In this document: in pieces, positions 17,203 through 25,728 of the stretch
Position numbering within the stretch: the first letter of the stretch is position 1
Layout of the letters: every line of letters starts with the position of its first letter
Origin: Chloroflexota bacterium
GTDB taxonomy: Bacteria; Chloroflexota; Dehalococcoidia; Lucifugimonadales; GCA-2722455
Assembly: GCA_002722455.1 (NCBI GenBank)
Contig: PBMB01000017.1
Location: forward strand, 140,897-204,896
Reading direction: 5' to 3'
DNA length: 64,000 nt
Made by a program: the position numbers and the translations under genes
Notes under the pieces: generated by a model
Told to the model about the DNA's origin: nothing
Databases searched by the model: none
What the model saw: only the letters and a program-made list of their open reading frames with translations

Positions 17203-20200
17203 TTAAGTAACATGTTTCTTAATTTGGTTTTTGGAGCCAAGGTATTTGGTTATCGGCTGTATATTGTAGAAGTCGGACCTCAAGGATAATGTTTCTGCCG
17301 CTGCAATTGCTGTGTCTAGAGAAGTGAAGCAAGGAGTGTTGGTTTCTGCGGCAGCCCTGCGTATCTCAAATCCATCTTTTTCAGTAGCACCCTCTCCGCT
17401 TGGGGTATTAATAACGAAATCAATTTTTTTAGCCCTAACCGTGTCAGTTACGTCTGGTGTTCCTTCGTTAATTTTGTGTGCAATTCTTATTTTGGATGTA
17501 ATTCCAAGTGACTTTATAAACAGCGCAGTTCCCTGTGTTGCATAAAAGTCATAACCAGAAGAAGCCAGCGCCTTAATAAGTGGCGCTGCTGAGCTTTTGT
17601 CTCTATTGGCAAGGCTCAAAAGGGCGGTTCCTTTACTTGGTAAATTTAAACCTGCAGCAATTAATGCCTTTATAAGAGCAGGGCGAAATGCAGAATCAAC
17701 CCCCATGACCTCTCCTGTTGACTTCATTTCTGGGCCAAGCTGTGTATCCACGCCAGTTAGTTTTGACATTGAAAAAACCGGCGCCTTGACTGCAATTAAC
17801 CCTTTGTTTCTTATTAACCCGTCAGGGTATCCTTGTTCTTTGATAGATTTTCCCAGCATTATATTGATAGCTATTTCCACTAGGGGCACCCCTGTGGCCT
17901 TAGAAATGAAAGGAACTGTTCTGCTAGAGCGAGGGTTTGCTTCGATCACATGAACGGTTGAGGTTGAAGAGGAAGCATATTGATGGCCCGACTGAGGAAC
18001 AAAAGCACCTTTCCCGGGAATCACAAACTGAATATTGAGAAGCCCTTTTATTCCTAGTCCTCGAGCAATTTTTGAGGTTTGGTCTATGATTTGTGCTTCT
18101 TCTTCTTTTGATATTGACAGGCTTGGGTAGATAGCTATAGAGTCTCCGCTGTGAACGCCAGCGCGCTCTACGTGCTCCATAATTCCAGGAATGAGGACGC
18201 TTGCTCCATCTGAAACCGCATCAACCTCGACCTCTCTTCCTAGCAAATACTTGTCGACAAGGACGGGTTTGCCTGGTTGTGTTGAAAAGGCTTCTTTTAT
18301 AAACAAAGTGAAGTCTTCGTCGTTGTGAAGTATTTCCATGCCTCTTCCTCCAAGGACATAGCTTGGACGAACTAGTAAAGGATACCCTAGGTTTCTTGCG
18401 GCCTGCATTGCCCCGCTAAGTGTTTTAACAGCCATCCCTGGGGGATACGGTATGTTTTCTTTCCGTAGGAAATGCTCAAACTTGTCTCGGTCGGAGGCTG
18501 CATCTATAACTTTTCCGGGAGAACCGAGAATTGAATAACCCTTTTTTGCCAAGGGCAAAGCAAGGTTGAGCCCCGTTTGGCCTCCAAATTGCACGACGAC
18601 GGAGGGGCTCGATGTTTTGTTCGATATCCCGTTCTCCTCATTTTGTAAGACATCAAGGAGGCTTTCTTCGTCAAGTGGCTCAAAGTAAAGGCGGCTGCTG
18701 GCATCAAAGTCGGTAGAGACTGTTTCTGGGTTTGAATTTACCATAATCGCAGACTCTCCTGCTTTTCTCAAGGCCCTTGCTGCATGAACAGATCCGTAGT
18801 CAAATTCCACCCCTTGGCCAATTCTAATTGGGCCGCTTCCGACTACAATGATAGGATGGCTAAACTCAGGCAGCGCTTCATTTTCTTGTTCATATGTGCT
18901 ATAGAAATACGGTGTTTCTGCCTCAAACTCTCCAGCACAAGTGTCAACCATTTTAAAAACAGGAAAAATAGACCACTTTTTTCGTAATGCTTGGATTTTT
19001 TCTATAGGCTGACCGGTGAGAGCAGAAATTACGACGTCTGAAAAGCCGAGCCTTTTAGATTTTAATAATAAATCGCGATCGAGCTTTTTTCTAATCAGAA
19101 GTTTTTCGTTTTCAACTATCCGTGCAATAGAGCTCAAAAACCAAGTGTCAATGCCTGTTGATTTATTAATTTTTTCTATAGACATCCCTTTTCTGATTGC
19201 AGCAAACAGGGCCCAAATACGAGTGTCTTGAGGGTGTAAAGGTACCTTTGTAGACCAAGAAGGGTCTTCCCAAATAGATGTCCTTCCTGTAATTTCTAAT
19301 GCCCGAATAGCTTTTTGAAGTGCCGCCTCAAAGGTTCTGTCTATCGTCATAACCTCGCCAGTTGCCTTCATTTGTGTCCCGAGGCTCCTGTCTCCAAAAG
19401 GAAATTTATCAAACGGCCATCGTGGAATTTTAACCACGCAATAGTCCAGTGCCGGCTCAAATGCTGCAGGGGTACTTTTGGTTACAGAGTTTTCTATAGA
19501 GTCTAATGTTTTTCCAATTGCAATTTTTGCAGCTACTCGGGCTATGGGATACCCTGTGGCCTTGCTAGCCAATGCAGAGCTTCTGCTAACACGAGGATTA
19601 ACCTCTATAACGAAATATTCTGAAGGCATGGGAGGATTGTCTGTTGGTGTAGTGTTTGGCCGAAGGGCGAACTGAATATTGCAACCACCCTGGATGTTCA
19701 GCTCTCCTATAATTCTTTGGCTTGCAGACCTAAGCATTTGGTATTCTTTATCAGAAAGTGTTTGGCTGGGGGCCACAACAATGCTGTCTCCAGTGTGAAC
19801 ACCCATCGGGTCTAGGTTTTCCATGTTACATATAGTAATACAGGTACCTTTGCCGTCTCTCATTACTTCGTATTCAACCTCCCTCCACCCACCAAGGGAC
19901 TGCTCAATCAGCACTTGGTTAATCGGGCTAGCTGAAATACCACTTGAAGCTAGCGCTTCTAGCTCTTTTTCTGTGGTGGCAATTCCTCCGCCTGTACCTC
20001 CAAGTGTATATGCAGGCCTTACAACAACCGGCAACCCTAGTACGTGAGCCTTATTTATTGCCTCTAACGTAGAGGTTGCAATAAAGCTTTTTGGGTAAGG
20101 CTCCTTAATTTTTGTAAGCAATTGTCGAAAAAGATCTCTGTCTTCTGCTTTTTTAATCGCTGAGAGAGGTGTTCCTAATAAAGAAACGTTGTATTTTTCT

Positions 20201-20526
20201 AAAACACCTTCTTCTGCAAGCTGAACTGCAAGGTTTAATCCTGTTTGTCCTCCTAGTGTAGGCAGCAACCCTTCGGGGCGCTCTGTGTCAATGATGCGGG
20301 CTACAGAAGCTACCGTTAGGGGCTCTATATAAATTTTGTCTGCAGTTGTAGTGTCGGTCATTATTGTGGCAGGGTTGGTGTTTACTAAAATTGTATAAAT
20401 GCCCTCTTCTTTTAGGGCCCTACACGCTTGTGTTCCAGCATAATCAAACTCTGCTGCTTGGCCTATAATTATGGGGCCAGAACCAATAACAAGCACTTTT
20501 TTAGAATTGGTGGTGGGGGTGTTCAT
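17203..20526 (-). CDS. carB: Carbamoyl-phosphate synthase large subunit
   Basis: 1107 aa. Duplicated ATP-grasp halves (IEVNPRVSRSSALASKATG and IEANPRSSRTVPFISKATG). N-terminus VLVIGSGPIIIGQAAEFDYAG. MGS-like C-terminal domain. Confidence 0.97.
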   Translation of the reverse strand: MNTPTTNSKKVLVIGSGPIIIGQAAEFDYAGTQACRALKEEGIYTILVNTNPATIMTDTTTADKIYIEPLTVASVARIIDTERPEGLLPTLGGQTGLNLAVQLAEEGVLEKYNVSLLGTPLSAIKKAEDRDLFRQLLTKIKEPYPKSFIATSTLEAINKAHVLGLPVVVRPAYTLGGTGGGIATTEKELEALASSGISASPINQVLIEQSLGGWREVEYEVMRDGKGTCITICNMENLDPMGVHTGDSIVVAPSQTLSDKEYQMLRSASQRIIGELNIQGGCNIQFALRPNTTPTDNPPMPSEYFVIEVNPRVSRSSALASKATGYPIARVAAKIAIGKTLDSIENSVTKSTPAAFEPALDYCVVKIPRWPFDKFPFGDRSLGTQMKATGEVMTIDRTFEAALQKAIRALEITGRTSIWEDPSWSTKVPLHPQDTRIWALFAAIRKGMSIEKINKSTGIDTWFLSSIARIVENEKLLIRKKLDRDLLLKSKRLGFSDVVISALTGQPIEKIQALRKKWSIFPVFKMVDTCAGEFEAETPYFYSTYEQENEALPEFSHPIIVVGSGPIRIGQGVEFDYGSVHAARALRKAGESAIMVNSNPETVSTDFDASSRLYFEPLDEESLLDVLQNEENGISNKTSSPSVVVQFGGQTGLNLALPLAKKGYSILGSPGKVIDAASDRDKFEHFLRKENIPYPPGMAVKTLSGAMQAARNLGYPLLVRPSYVLGGRGMEILHNDEDFTLFIKEAFSTQPGKPVLVDKYLLGREVEVDAVSDGASVLIPGIMEHVERAGVHSGDSIAIYPSLSISKEEEAQIIDQTSKIARGLGIKGLLNIQFVIPGKGAFVPQSGHQYASSSTSTVHVIEANPRSSRTVPFISKATGVPLVEIAINIMLGKSIKEQGYPDGLIRNKGLIAVKAPVFSMSKLTGVDTQLGPEMKSTGEVMGVDSAFRPALIKALIAAGLNLPSKGTALLSLANRDKSSAAPLIKALASSGYDFYATQGTALFIKSLGITSKIRIAHKINEGTPDVTDTVRAKKIDFVINTPSGEGATEKDGFEIRRAAAETNTPCFTSLDTAIAAAETLSLRSDFYNIQPITKYLGSKNQIKKHVT

Positions 20527-21668
20527 TTCTGTTTTTTACTCCTAATAAGCTTGGAAAAATCTTCAAATAAATTCATGGTGTCGAGTGGGCCAGGGGCAGC
20601 TTCAGAATGGTATTGAATTCCTAGTATTGGCAAGGAGCTGTGACGAAGCCCCTCAACAGTTGAGTCGTTAAGGTTTGTGTGTGTAACTATCAATTCTTTT
20701 GGCATGGACCCTCTGTCGACAGCATATCCGTGATTTTGTGATGTTATTGAAACCTGCCCAGACTCTTCGTTTTTGACCGGATGGTTTGCTCCTCGATGAC
20801 CAAATGGAAGCTTATATGTTTTTGCTCCAAAAGTTTGAGCTATTAATTGGTGCCCCAAACATATTCCCAATACTGGAATGTCAAGAATCAGCTTGTTTAA
20901 CAGCTTAGGGGCGCCCGTTAGTGTTTCGGGGTCTCCAGGTCCTGGAGACAAGACGATTCCGTCAGGCTTTAGGCCTAAAATCTCATTTGGTTCAGTGTTG
21001 TGTGGAACAGAAACCACTTCTAGTCCACACTGAGAGAGCAAGCGAAGAATATTATATTTTGCTCCAAAGTCGACCACAATTACACGAGAGGCTGGTTTGG
21101 CGTCGCCTGATTTCCAGCGGGAAACCTTCTTCGTTGAAACGGACTCAACCATGTTTGTGGTTCCATAGCGAGGAGTTGCAAGTAGTTTTTTTAAAGCTGT
21201 TGCAGGAGGCACTCCTACTGCAATAGCTCCCATCATAACTCCCTTAGAGCGTAAATGTTTTGTTAGAGAGCGTGTGTCAACTTCTGCTAGTCCTGCAATT
21301 TTTTTTGTTTCTAAGAATTGGTTTAAAGAGGAGGTCATCGACCAATGGCTTGGGCTGGTTTCATGCTGCCTCACAACAAACCCTGCAACCTGAATCTTTT
21401 CAGATTCGTTATCGGTTAAGTTTATTCCATAGTTTCCTACCATTGGATATGTGAGAACAACAATTTGTCCAGCAAAAGAGGGGTCTGTTAACATTTCTTG
21501 ATAGCCTGTCATGCTGGTGGTGAAAACTACTTCTCCATAAGCTGTTTTTTGTTTGCCAAAAGGAATGCCAGGGAAAACGGTTCCATCTTCTAAAATCAAA
21601 TGTCCTTGCTTTGTCACTATATTAAAATCCTCCTCATTTCTTTTGGTAAACAATCTCACCGTTTGCAA
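20523..21668 (-). CDS. carA: Carbamoyl-phosphate synthase small (glutamine amidotransferase) subunit
   Basis: GICLGHQL nucleophile elbow and YHSEAAPGP. The coordinates are the maximal ORF. A GTG at 21617 preceded by GGAGG (21633..29) would give MTKQGHLILEDGTVFPG and remove the 35-nt overlap with pyrC, so it is the more likely start. Confidence 0.93.
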   Translation of the reverse strand: MQTVRLFTKRNEEDFNIVTKQGHLILEDGTVFPGIPFGKQKTAYGEVVFTTSMTGYQEMLTDPSFAGQIVVLTYPMVGNYGINLTDNESEKIQVAGFVVRQHETSPSHWSMTSSLNQFLETKKIAGLAEVDTRSLTKHLRSKGVMMGAIAVGVPPATALKKLLATPRYGTTNMVESVSTKKVSRWKSGDAKPASRVIVVDFGAKYNILRLLSQCGLEVVSVPHNTEPNEILGLKPDGIVLSPGPGDPETLTGAPKLLNKLILDIPVLGICLGHQLIAQTFGAKTYKLPFGHRGANHPVKNEESGQVSITSQNHGYAVDRGSMPKELIVTHTNLNDSTVEGLRHSSLPILGIQYHSEAAPGPLDTMNLFEDFSKLIRSKKQK

Positions 21669-22821
21669 TGGTTAATACAACTTTTCCAAGCATAGTTTTG
21701 CCAAGCCATGGGGTGTTTTTCCCTTTAGAATACAATGATTCAGGAGATACCCGCCACGATTGATCTGGGTTAAAGACAGCTATATCTGCAATAGACCCTG
21801 TGGACAAGGTTCCAAGGGGAACATTTAAAATTTTAGCGGGGTCTTGGGTTAGTTTTTTAATTACGGTTTTCAAGGAAATTTTGTTTTGAGAAACCAACAA
21901 CAATAAAGATGATAGTGCCGTTTCTAGCGCGCTGATACCAAAAGCGGCAGACTGAAAAGTTGTATTTTTATCTTCATATGAGTGAGGAGCGTGGTCTGTA
22001 GCAAAAACATCGATAGTTTCATCTTCCACCGCATCGATTAATGCGGCTACGTCTTTGGGGGAGCGCAATGGGGGCGCCACCTTAGCGTTAGCGTTATATA
22101 TGTTTGGAATAAAGTCTTTACTAATACTTCCTGTTGTGAGGTCATGACAAACCGCCCGTTCTGTTAAAGTTACATGGTGTGGGGTTACTTCAGAAGTGAC
22201 ATGGACGCCTTTATTCTTGGCTGTCCGGATTAACTCAACAGCCCCCAAAGAGCTTACGTGGGCTATATGCAAATGCCCTCCTATATGAGATGCGAGAGAG
22301 ATATCTCTCGCAACCACTATCTCTTCTGCAAACGAAGGTCTTCCTTCAAGGCCTAATGCAAAAGAAAGGGGTCCAGCGTTCATCTGGCCATTCGTGGTAA
22401 ATTTTGTAGATTCTGCGTGGCTGATTATTGGAAAAGAAAACTCTTTACTGTAAAGCAATGCTTGAGACATTAGATGGTCGTCTTCTAGGGTGTTTCCGTC
22501 ATCACTAAAAGCAACAACTCCCTGTTTTAATAAGCCTTGAAAGTCAACAAGTGCCTGTCCCTGCTGGCCTTTGGTGATTGCAGCAATAGGCAGCACCCGT
22601 ATTAGAGCATCTTCTGATATGGCTTGTTGTAATATTTTAAGAGAGCCCGTGTTGTCAATAACCGGACTCGTATTAGGCATAGCACAAACCGTAGTAAATC
22701 CGCCTGCTGCAGCTGCAGCTGACCCTGATTGAACAGTTTCCTTATGTTCAAAACCGGGATCTCTTAAGTGACAATGTAAGTCGATAAACCCTGGAGATAA
22801 AATCAATCCAGACAAGTCCAT
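21634..22821 (-). CDS. pyrC: Dihydroorotase (class I); the true N-terminus almost certainly extends upstream to about 22979
   Basis: SPGFIDLHCHLRDPG metal site, DHAPH, and overall colinearity with Bacillus PyrC. The same frame stays open upstream and encodes LLLKNARVIDPSQNWDFKGDVLISNGKIVEV, a conserved DHOase N-terminal strand, but it has no ATG/GTG/TTG (see findings). Confidence 0.9.
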   Translation of the reverse strand: MDLSGLILSPGFIDLHCHLRDPGFEHKETVQSGSAAAAAGGFTTVCAMPNTSPVIDNTGSLKILQQAISEDALIRVLPIAAITKGQQGQALVDFQGLLKQGVVAFSDDGNTLEDDHLMSQALLYSKEFSFPIISHAESTKFTTNGQMNAGPLSFALGLEGRPSFAEEIVVARDISLASHIGGHLHIAHVSSLGAVELIRTAKNKGVHVTSEVTPHHVTLTERAVCHDLTTGSISKDFIPNIYNANAKVAPPLRSPKDVAALIDAVEDETIDVFATDHAPHSYEDKNTTFQSAAFGISALETALSSLLLLVSQNKISLKTVIKKLTQDPAKILNVPLGTLSTGSIADIAVFNPDQSWRVSPESLYSKGKNTPWLGKTMLGKVVLTIANGEIVYQKK

Positions 22822-22990
22822 TACTTTAATCTTTTTAGTCGACTTAATGGCTTTTTTTGAAATGGAAGGTGCAACTTCGACAATTTTTCCGTTACTTATT
22901 AAAACATCACCTTTAAAATCCCAGTTTTGAGAAGGGTCTATAACGCGGGCATTTTTTAAAAGTAAGGAGCCGGTGTCATGGTCAGTATGA

Positions 22991-23995
22991 TTACTTATTG
23001 AACTTTCCTCTTTCTTTTAGCTGTGATCTCAACATTTCTAAAATCGCCATTTTTAGCGCAACCCCATTTTGTACTTGATCAAAAATTAATGATTTGTTTG
23101 AATATGCAATTTCGCCAAGTAATTCCACTCCCTCATTAATAGGGCCCGGGTGCATGATGTAGGCATTTTTTTGTGCCAGAGATAGTACCTTTTCTGTAAT
23201 GCGATAGTTTTTTTTGTAAACTGAAAGATCGTTTTCTTCTATGTTGTTAGTTCGTTCTTTTTGGATTCGTAGTGGCATTAAAATGTCAGCATTTTTAACA
23301 GCTTTCTTTAGAGACGTTTCTATGCGAATAGAGGATCGCGGGTGAGTATTCTTGTTATAGAAAACAGATAAATCATTTTTTTCAGGAAGAAGAACGAGGG
23401 GGCCACACAAAGTAATTGTTGAGCCAAGCTTTGTTAGTCCCCATATATTGGAGCGTGCAACCCTGCTATGTATTATGTCTCCGATAATTACTACGTTTAA
23501 CCCTAAAAAAGAGTCGAGGGTTTGGCGTATTGTAAAAATATCCGTAAGTGCTTGTAGAGGGTGGGCATGTGTACCATCTCCGGCATTGATTACTGGACAA
23601 TTAAGAACTTGAGAGGCAAAATCCGCTGCACCAGAATGAGGGTGCCTGAGCACTAAAATGTCAAACATCATTGAATTAAGTGTGTTTAGTGTGCTTAAAA
23701 AAGACTCTCCCTTTGATAGGCTGCTACCTTGAATATTAAAATCAACCGTTTGATGGCCCAGTCGAGTAGCTGCTTGTTGGAAAGATATTTTTGTTCGGGT
23801 ACTTGGCTCAAAGAAAGCCAATAGTATTGATAATGAGCCACTTTCTTTTTTGGACGGTTTACTTTTTCTCATCTGTGCCAACATTAATTCTGTCGACTCA
23901 AAGATGTTTTCAATGTATTGAGTAGATAGTTCAGACAGGTCTAAAAGATGAGTGTTGGCAGGCTGTTTTTTGGGTTGTGGAGTTTTGTTATTCAC
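22991..23995 (-). CDS. pyrB: Aspartate carbamoyltransferase catalytic subunit
   Basis: 334 aa. STRTKISF, HPLQAL and HPGP(INEGVEL) motifs. The GTG start overlaps the pyrR stop (TAGTG). Confidence 0.95.
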   Translation of the reverse strand: MNNKTPQPKKQPANTHLLDLSELSTQYIENIFESTELMLAQMRKSKPSKKESGSLSILLAFFEPSTRTKISFQQAATRLGHQTVDFNIQGSSLSKGESFLSTLNTLNSMMFDILVLRHPHSGAADFASQVLNCPVINAGDGTHAHPLQALTDIFTIRQTLDSFLGLNVVIIGDIIHSRVARSNIWGLTKLGSTITLCGPLVLLPEKNDLSVFYNKNTHPRSSIRIETSLKKAVKNADILMPLRIQKERTNNIEENDLSVYKKNYRITEKVLSLAQKNAYIMHPGPINEGVELLGEIAYSNKSLIFDQVQNGVALKMAILEMLRSQLKERGKFNK

Positions 23996-24519
23996 TAACC
24001 TTTTCTCTTTTCTATGACGACTTCATCTGTGCCGTCAACTTCGCTTAACTTCACACGTACATGTTCGGTGAGTGACGTTGGAATGTTTTTACCAACGTAT
24101 TCTGGACGTAGTGGCATTTGACGATGCCCCCGATCTATTAGAACGGCCAGCTGTATTAACTTTGGTCTCCCTGATCGTTTAATTGCCTCGATTGCAGCAA
24201 GCATAGTTCTGCCGGTATACATTACATCATCAATTAATATAACATGACGATTTTCTGTGTTGGTTTGTATAGGATTGAATAGTGTGTCGGGTGCCGTTAT
24301 TGTGTCGTCCCGAAACATAGAAACATCGAGAGATTCTACGAGAGGACCAATGCCTTTAATGTTAGAGATATGAGAAGACAGTCGGGTTGCTAAGGTGGCA
24401 CCACGTGTTAAAATGCCCATTAGAATTAAATTTGATGCATCGGGACACCCTTCAGTGATTTCATAAGAAAGTCGGGCAATGGTTTTAGACAACGCAGGTG
24501 CTGACAGTACGGAGTTCAT
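23995..24519 (-). CDS. pyrR: Bifunctional pyr operon regulator / uracil phosphoribosyltransferase PyrR
   Basis: PRTase motif VILIDDVMYTGRT and C-terminal YVGKNIPTS typical of PyrR. I place the start at the ATG at 24519 (MNSVLSAP..., 174 aa). The listed ORF extends to 24606 through what looks like a structured leader. Confidence 0.9.
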   Translation of the reverse strand: MNSVLSAPALSKTIARLSYEITEGCPDASNLILMGILTRGATLATRLSSHISNIKGIGPLVESLDVSMFRDDTITAPDTLFNPIQTNTENRHVILIDDVMYTGRTMLAAIEAIKRSGRPKLIQLAVLIDRGHRQMPLRPEYVGKNIPTSLTEHVRVKLSEVDGTDEVVIEKRKG

Positions 24520-24623
24520 TGTGAAGCCCCAGTTGAGAAAAAACAATAATAACTTAGGGCGAAACGCTCCCTGCCAACCGCTATCTTGTTGGCATCTCTG
24601 TGCCAAATTAAAGATTTCATTGT
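24520..24623 (-). promoter_or_regulatory. pyr operon leader with mutually exclusive hairpins; candidate PyrR-binding attenuator
   Basis: On the minus-strand RNA, GGCA-CAGAGA-UGCC (plus strand 24591..24604) shares its 3' arm with UGCCAAC-AAGAUAGCG-GUUGGCA (24572..24594). The AGAGA-containing loop resembles the PyrR site core CCAGAGAGG. A U-rich run (UUGUUUUUU) follows. Confidence 0.35.
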
Positions 24624-24629
24624 CTTATT

Positions 24630-24658
24630 ATTGTATTGGCAAAGACATTTAAATTCAA
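24630..24658 (-). promoter_or_regulatory. Near-consensus sigma70-type promoter of the pyrR operon (-35 TTGAAT, 17-nt spacer, -10 TACAAT on the minus strand)
   Basis: The plus strand reads ATTGTA at 24630..24635 and ATTCAA at 24653..24658, with exactly 17 nt between them. Predicted start near 24623, giving a leader of about 100 nt. Confidence 0.5.
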
Positions 24659-24686
24659 GTTCATTGTTTTAAGTGAAGCATTGGCC

Positions 24687-24715
24687 TTGCCAGTGTACTA
24701 TTAAGTTTCTAAAAT
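24687..24715 (+). promoter_or_regulatory. Candidate promoter of the Nudix gene (-35 TTGCCA 24687..24692, 17-nt spacer, -10 TAAAAT 24710..24715)
   Basis: Read directly from the sequence. The -10 overlaps the ATG at 24714, which argues that translation starts downstream at TTG 24735. Confidence 0.4.
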
Positions 24716-24734
24716 GAATATTCAGGAGGGTGTT

Positions 24735-25184
24735 TTGGATAATAGCTCAAAAAACTTGCCCAACAGAAACGTCCGGGTTCATTCTTCCGGAGGGGTTGTT
24801 TATCGACGCAACCATGACAGCATTGATATCGTAGGGTGTGTCAGGCACCACCCCCATGTGTGTGCGCTGCCTAAAGGGACCCCGTATAAAACAGAAAATA
24901 TTGAACAAACTGCATTAAGAGAAGTTCAGGAAGAAACAGGCCTACAGGTTAAAATTGATCGCTTTATTGATAAAATAGAGTATACGTTTTTTAAAAAAGA
25001 AGAAAGATGTACTTATTACAAGACGGTTTATTTTTTTTTAATGGTTGCTGTTGGTGGTAGTTTTTTCTTACATGATAATGAATTTGATGTGGTGAAATGG
25101 ATAGCACGAGACAAAATTAGTGTAGAAATGTCCTATGAAAACGAGGTAAAAATAATTGAAAAAGGTATTTCCATGGTGGGCTAA
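24735..25184 (+). CDS. NUDIX hydrolase
   Basis: Nudix box GTPYKTENIEQTALREVQEETGL (G-x5-E-x7-REVxEExGL). The maximal ORF starts at ATG 24714 with no RBS. The in-frame TTG at 24735 has AGGAGG (24724..24729) 5 nt upstream, so I prefer it. Confidence 0.85.
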   Translation: MDNSSKNLPNRNVRVHSSGGVVYRRNHDSIDIVGCVRHHPHVCALPKGTPYKTENIEQTALREVQEETGLQVKIDRFIDKIEYTFFKKEERCTYYKTVYFFLMVAVGGSFFLHDNEFDVVKWIARDKISVEMSYENEVKIIEKGISMVG

Positions 25185-25203
25185 AGAAAACACCAAAAAA
25201 GAC

Positions 25204-25728
25204 ATGCTGCCCTCACTAATAGAAGGCAAAAGAGTAATTCTGCGTGCAAAACAAATAGAAGATCTTGAAAATGATTACACTTGGAGAGTTGATGAAGAGC
25301 TTGCCAGGTTAGACGCCACTCGTCCCTTACAGATGTCTTTTCAAGAATATAAAACATATATGCAGAAAGAAATAGTTAGCGACGACCCATATTCATATAA
25401 ATATGCAATTGTTCTGAAAGACGGAACACACATTGGAAACTGTATGCTTTATGACCTGAGTTTTAGGCAAAAACATTGTGAGTTGGGGGTTTTGATAGGC
25501 AACAAAATGTATTGGAACAAAGGTTATGGCACCGAAGTCGTATCTCTGCTTTTGCAAAAAGGATTTGCTTCTAATGAGATAAATACTATGTATCTGCACA
25601 CACTAGACTGGAATGTACGTGCTCAAAAAAGCTTTCTTAAGGCAGGATTTAAGAAAAAATCACAAGTTCGTCGCAATGGGTTTTTATTTGTCAAGATGGA
25701 GGCCTGCAAAGAATATGAGCACTCCTAG
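25204..25728 (+). CDS. GNAT-family N-acetyltransferase (RimJ/RimL-like)
   Basis: Acetyl-CoA motif WNKGYGTEVVSLLL and layout L.EGKRVILRA...D as in RimJ-like proteins. The maximal ORF begins at TTG 25156 inside the Nudix gene. I prefer ATG 25204 but the start is uncertain. Confidence 0.75.
   Translation: MLPSLIEGKRVILRAKQIEDLENDYTWRVDEELARLDATRPLQMSFQEYKTYMQKEIVSDDPYSYKYAIVLKDGTHIGNCMLYDLSFRQKHCELGVLIGNKMYWNKGYGTEVVSLLLQKGFASNEINTMYLHTLDWNVRAQKSFLKAGFKKKSQVRRNGFLFVKMEACKEYEHS

Noticed and set aside
24520-24606. The N-terminal 29 codons of the listed pyrR ORF (MAQRCQQDSGWQGAFRPKLLLFFLNWGFT).
   Set aside because: There is no PyrR homology here, and PyrR-like sequence begins at the internal Met (24519). 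The segment also coincides with hairpin-forming leader sequence downstream of a good promoter.
25613-25714. The 5' extension of the folC ORF, which overlaps the GNAT gene by 116 nt.
   Set aside because: The extension (MYVLKKAFLRQDLRKNHKFVAMGFYLSRWRPAKN) has no FolC similarity and lies entirely within the GNAT coding frame. The ATG at 25715 gives a normal-length FolC.
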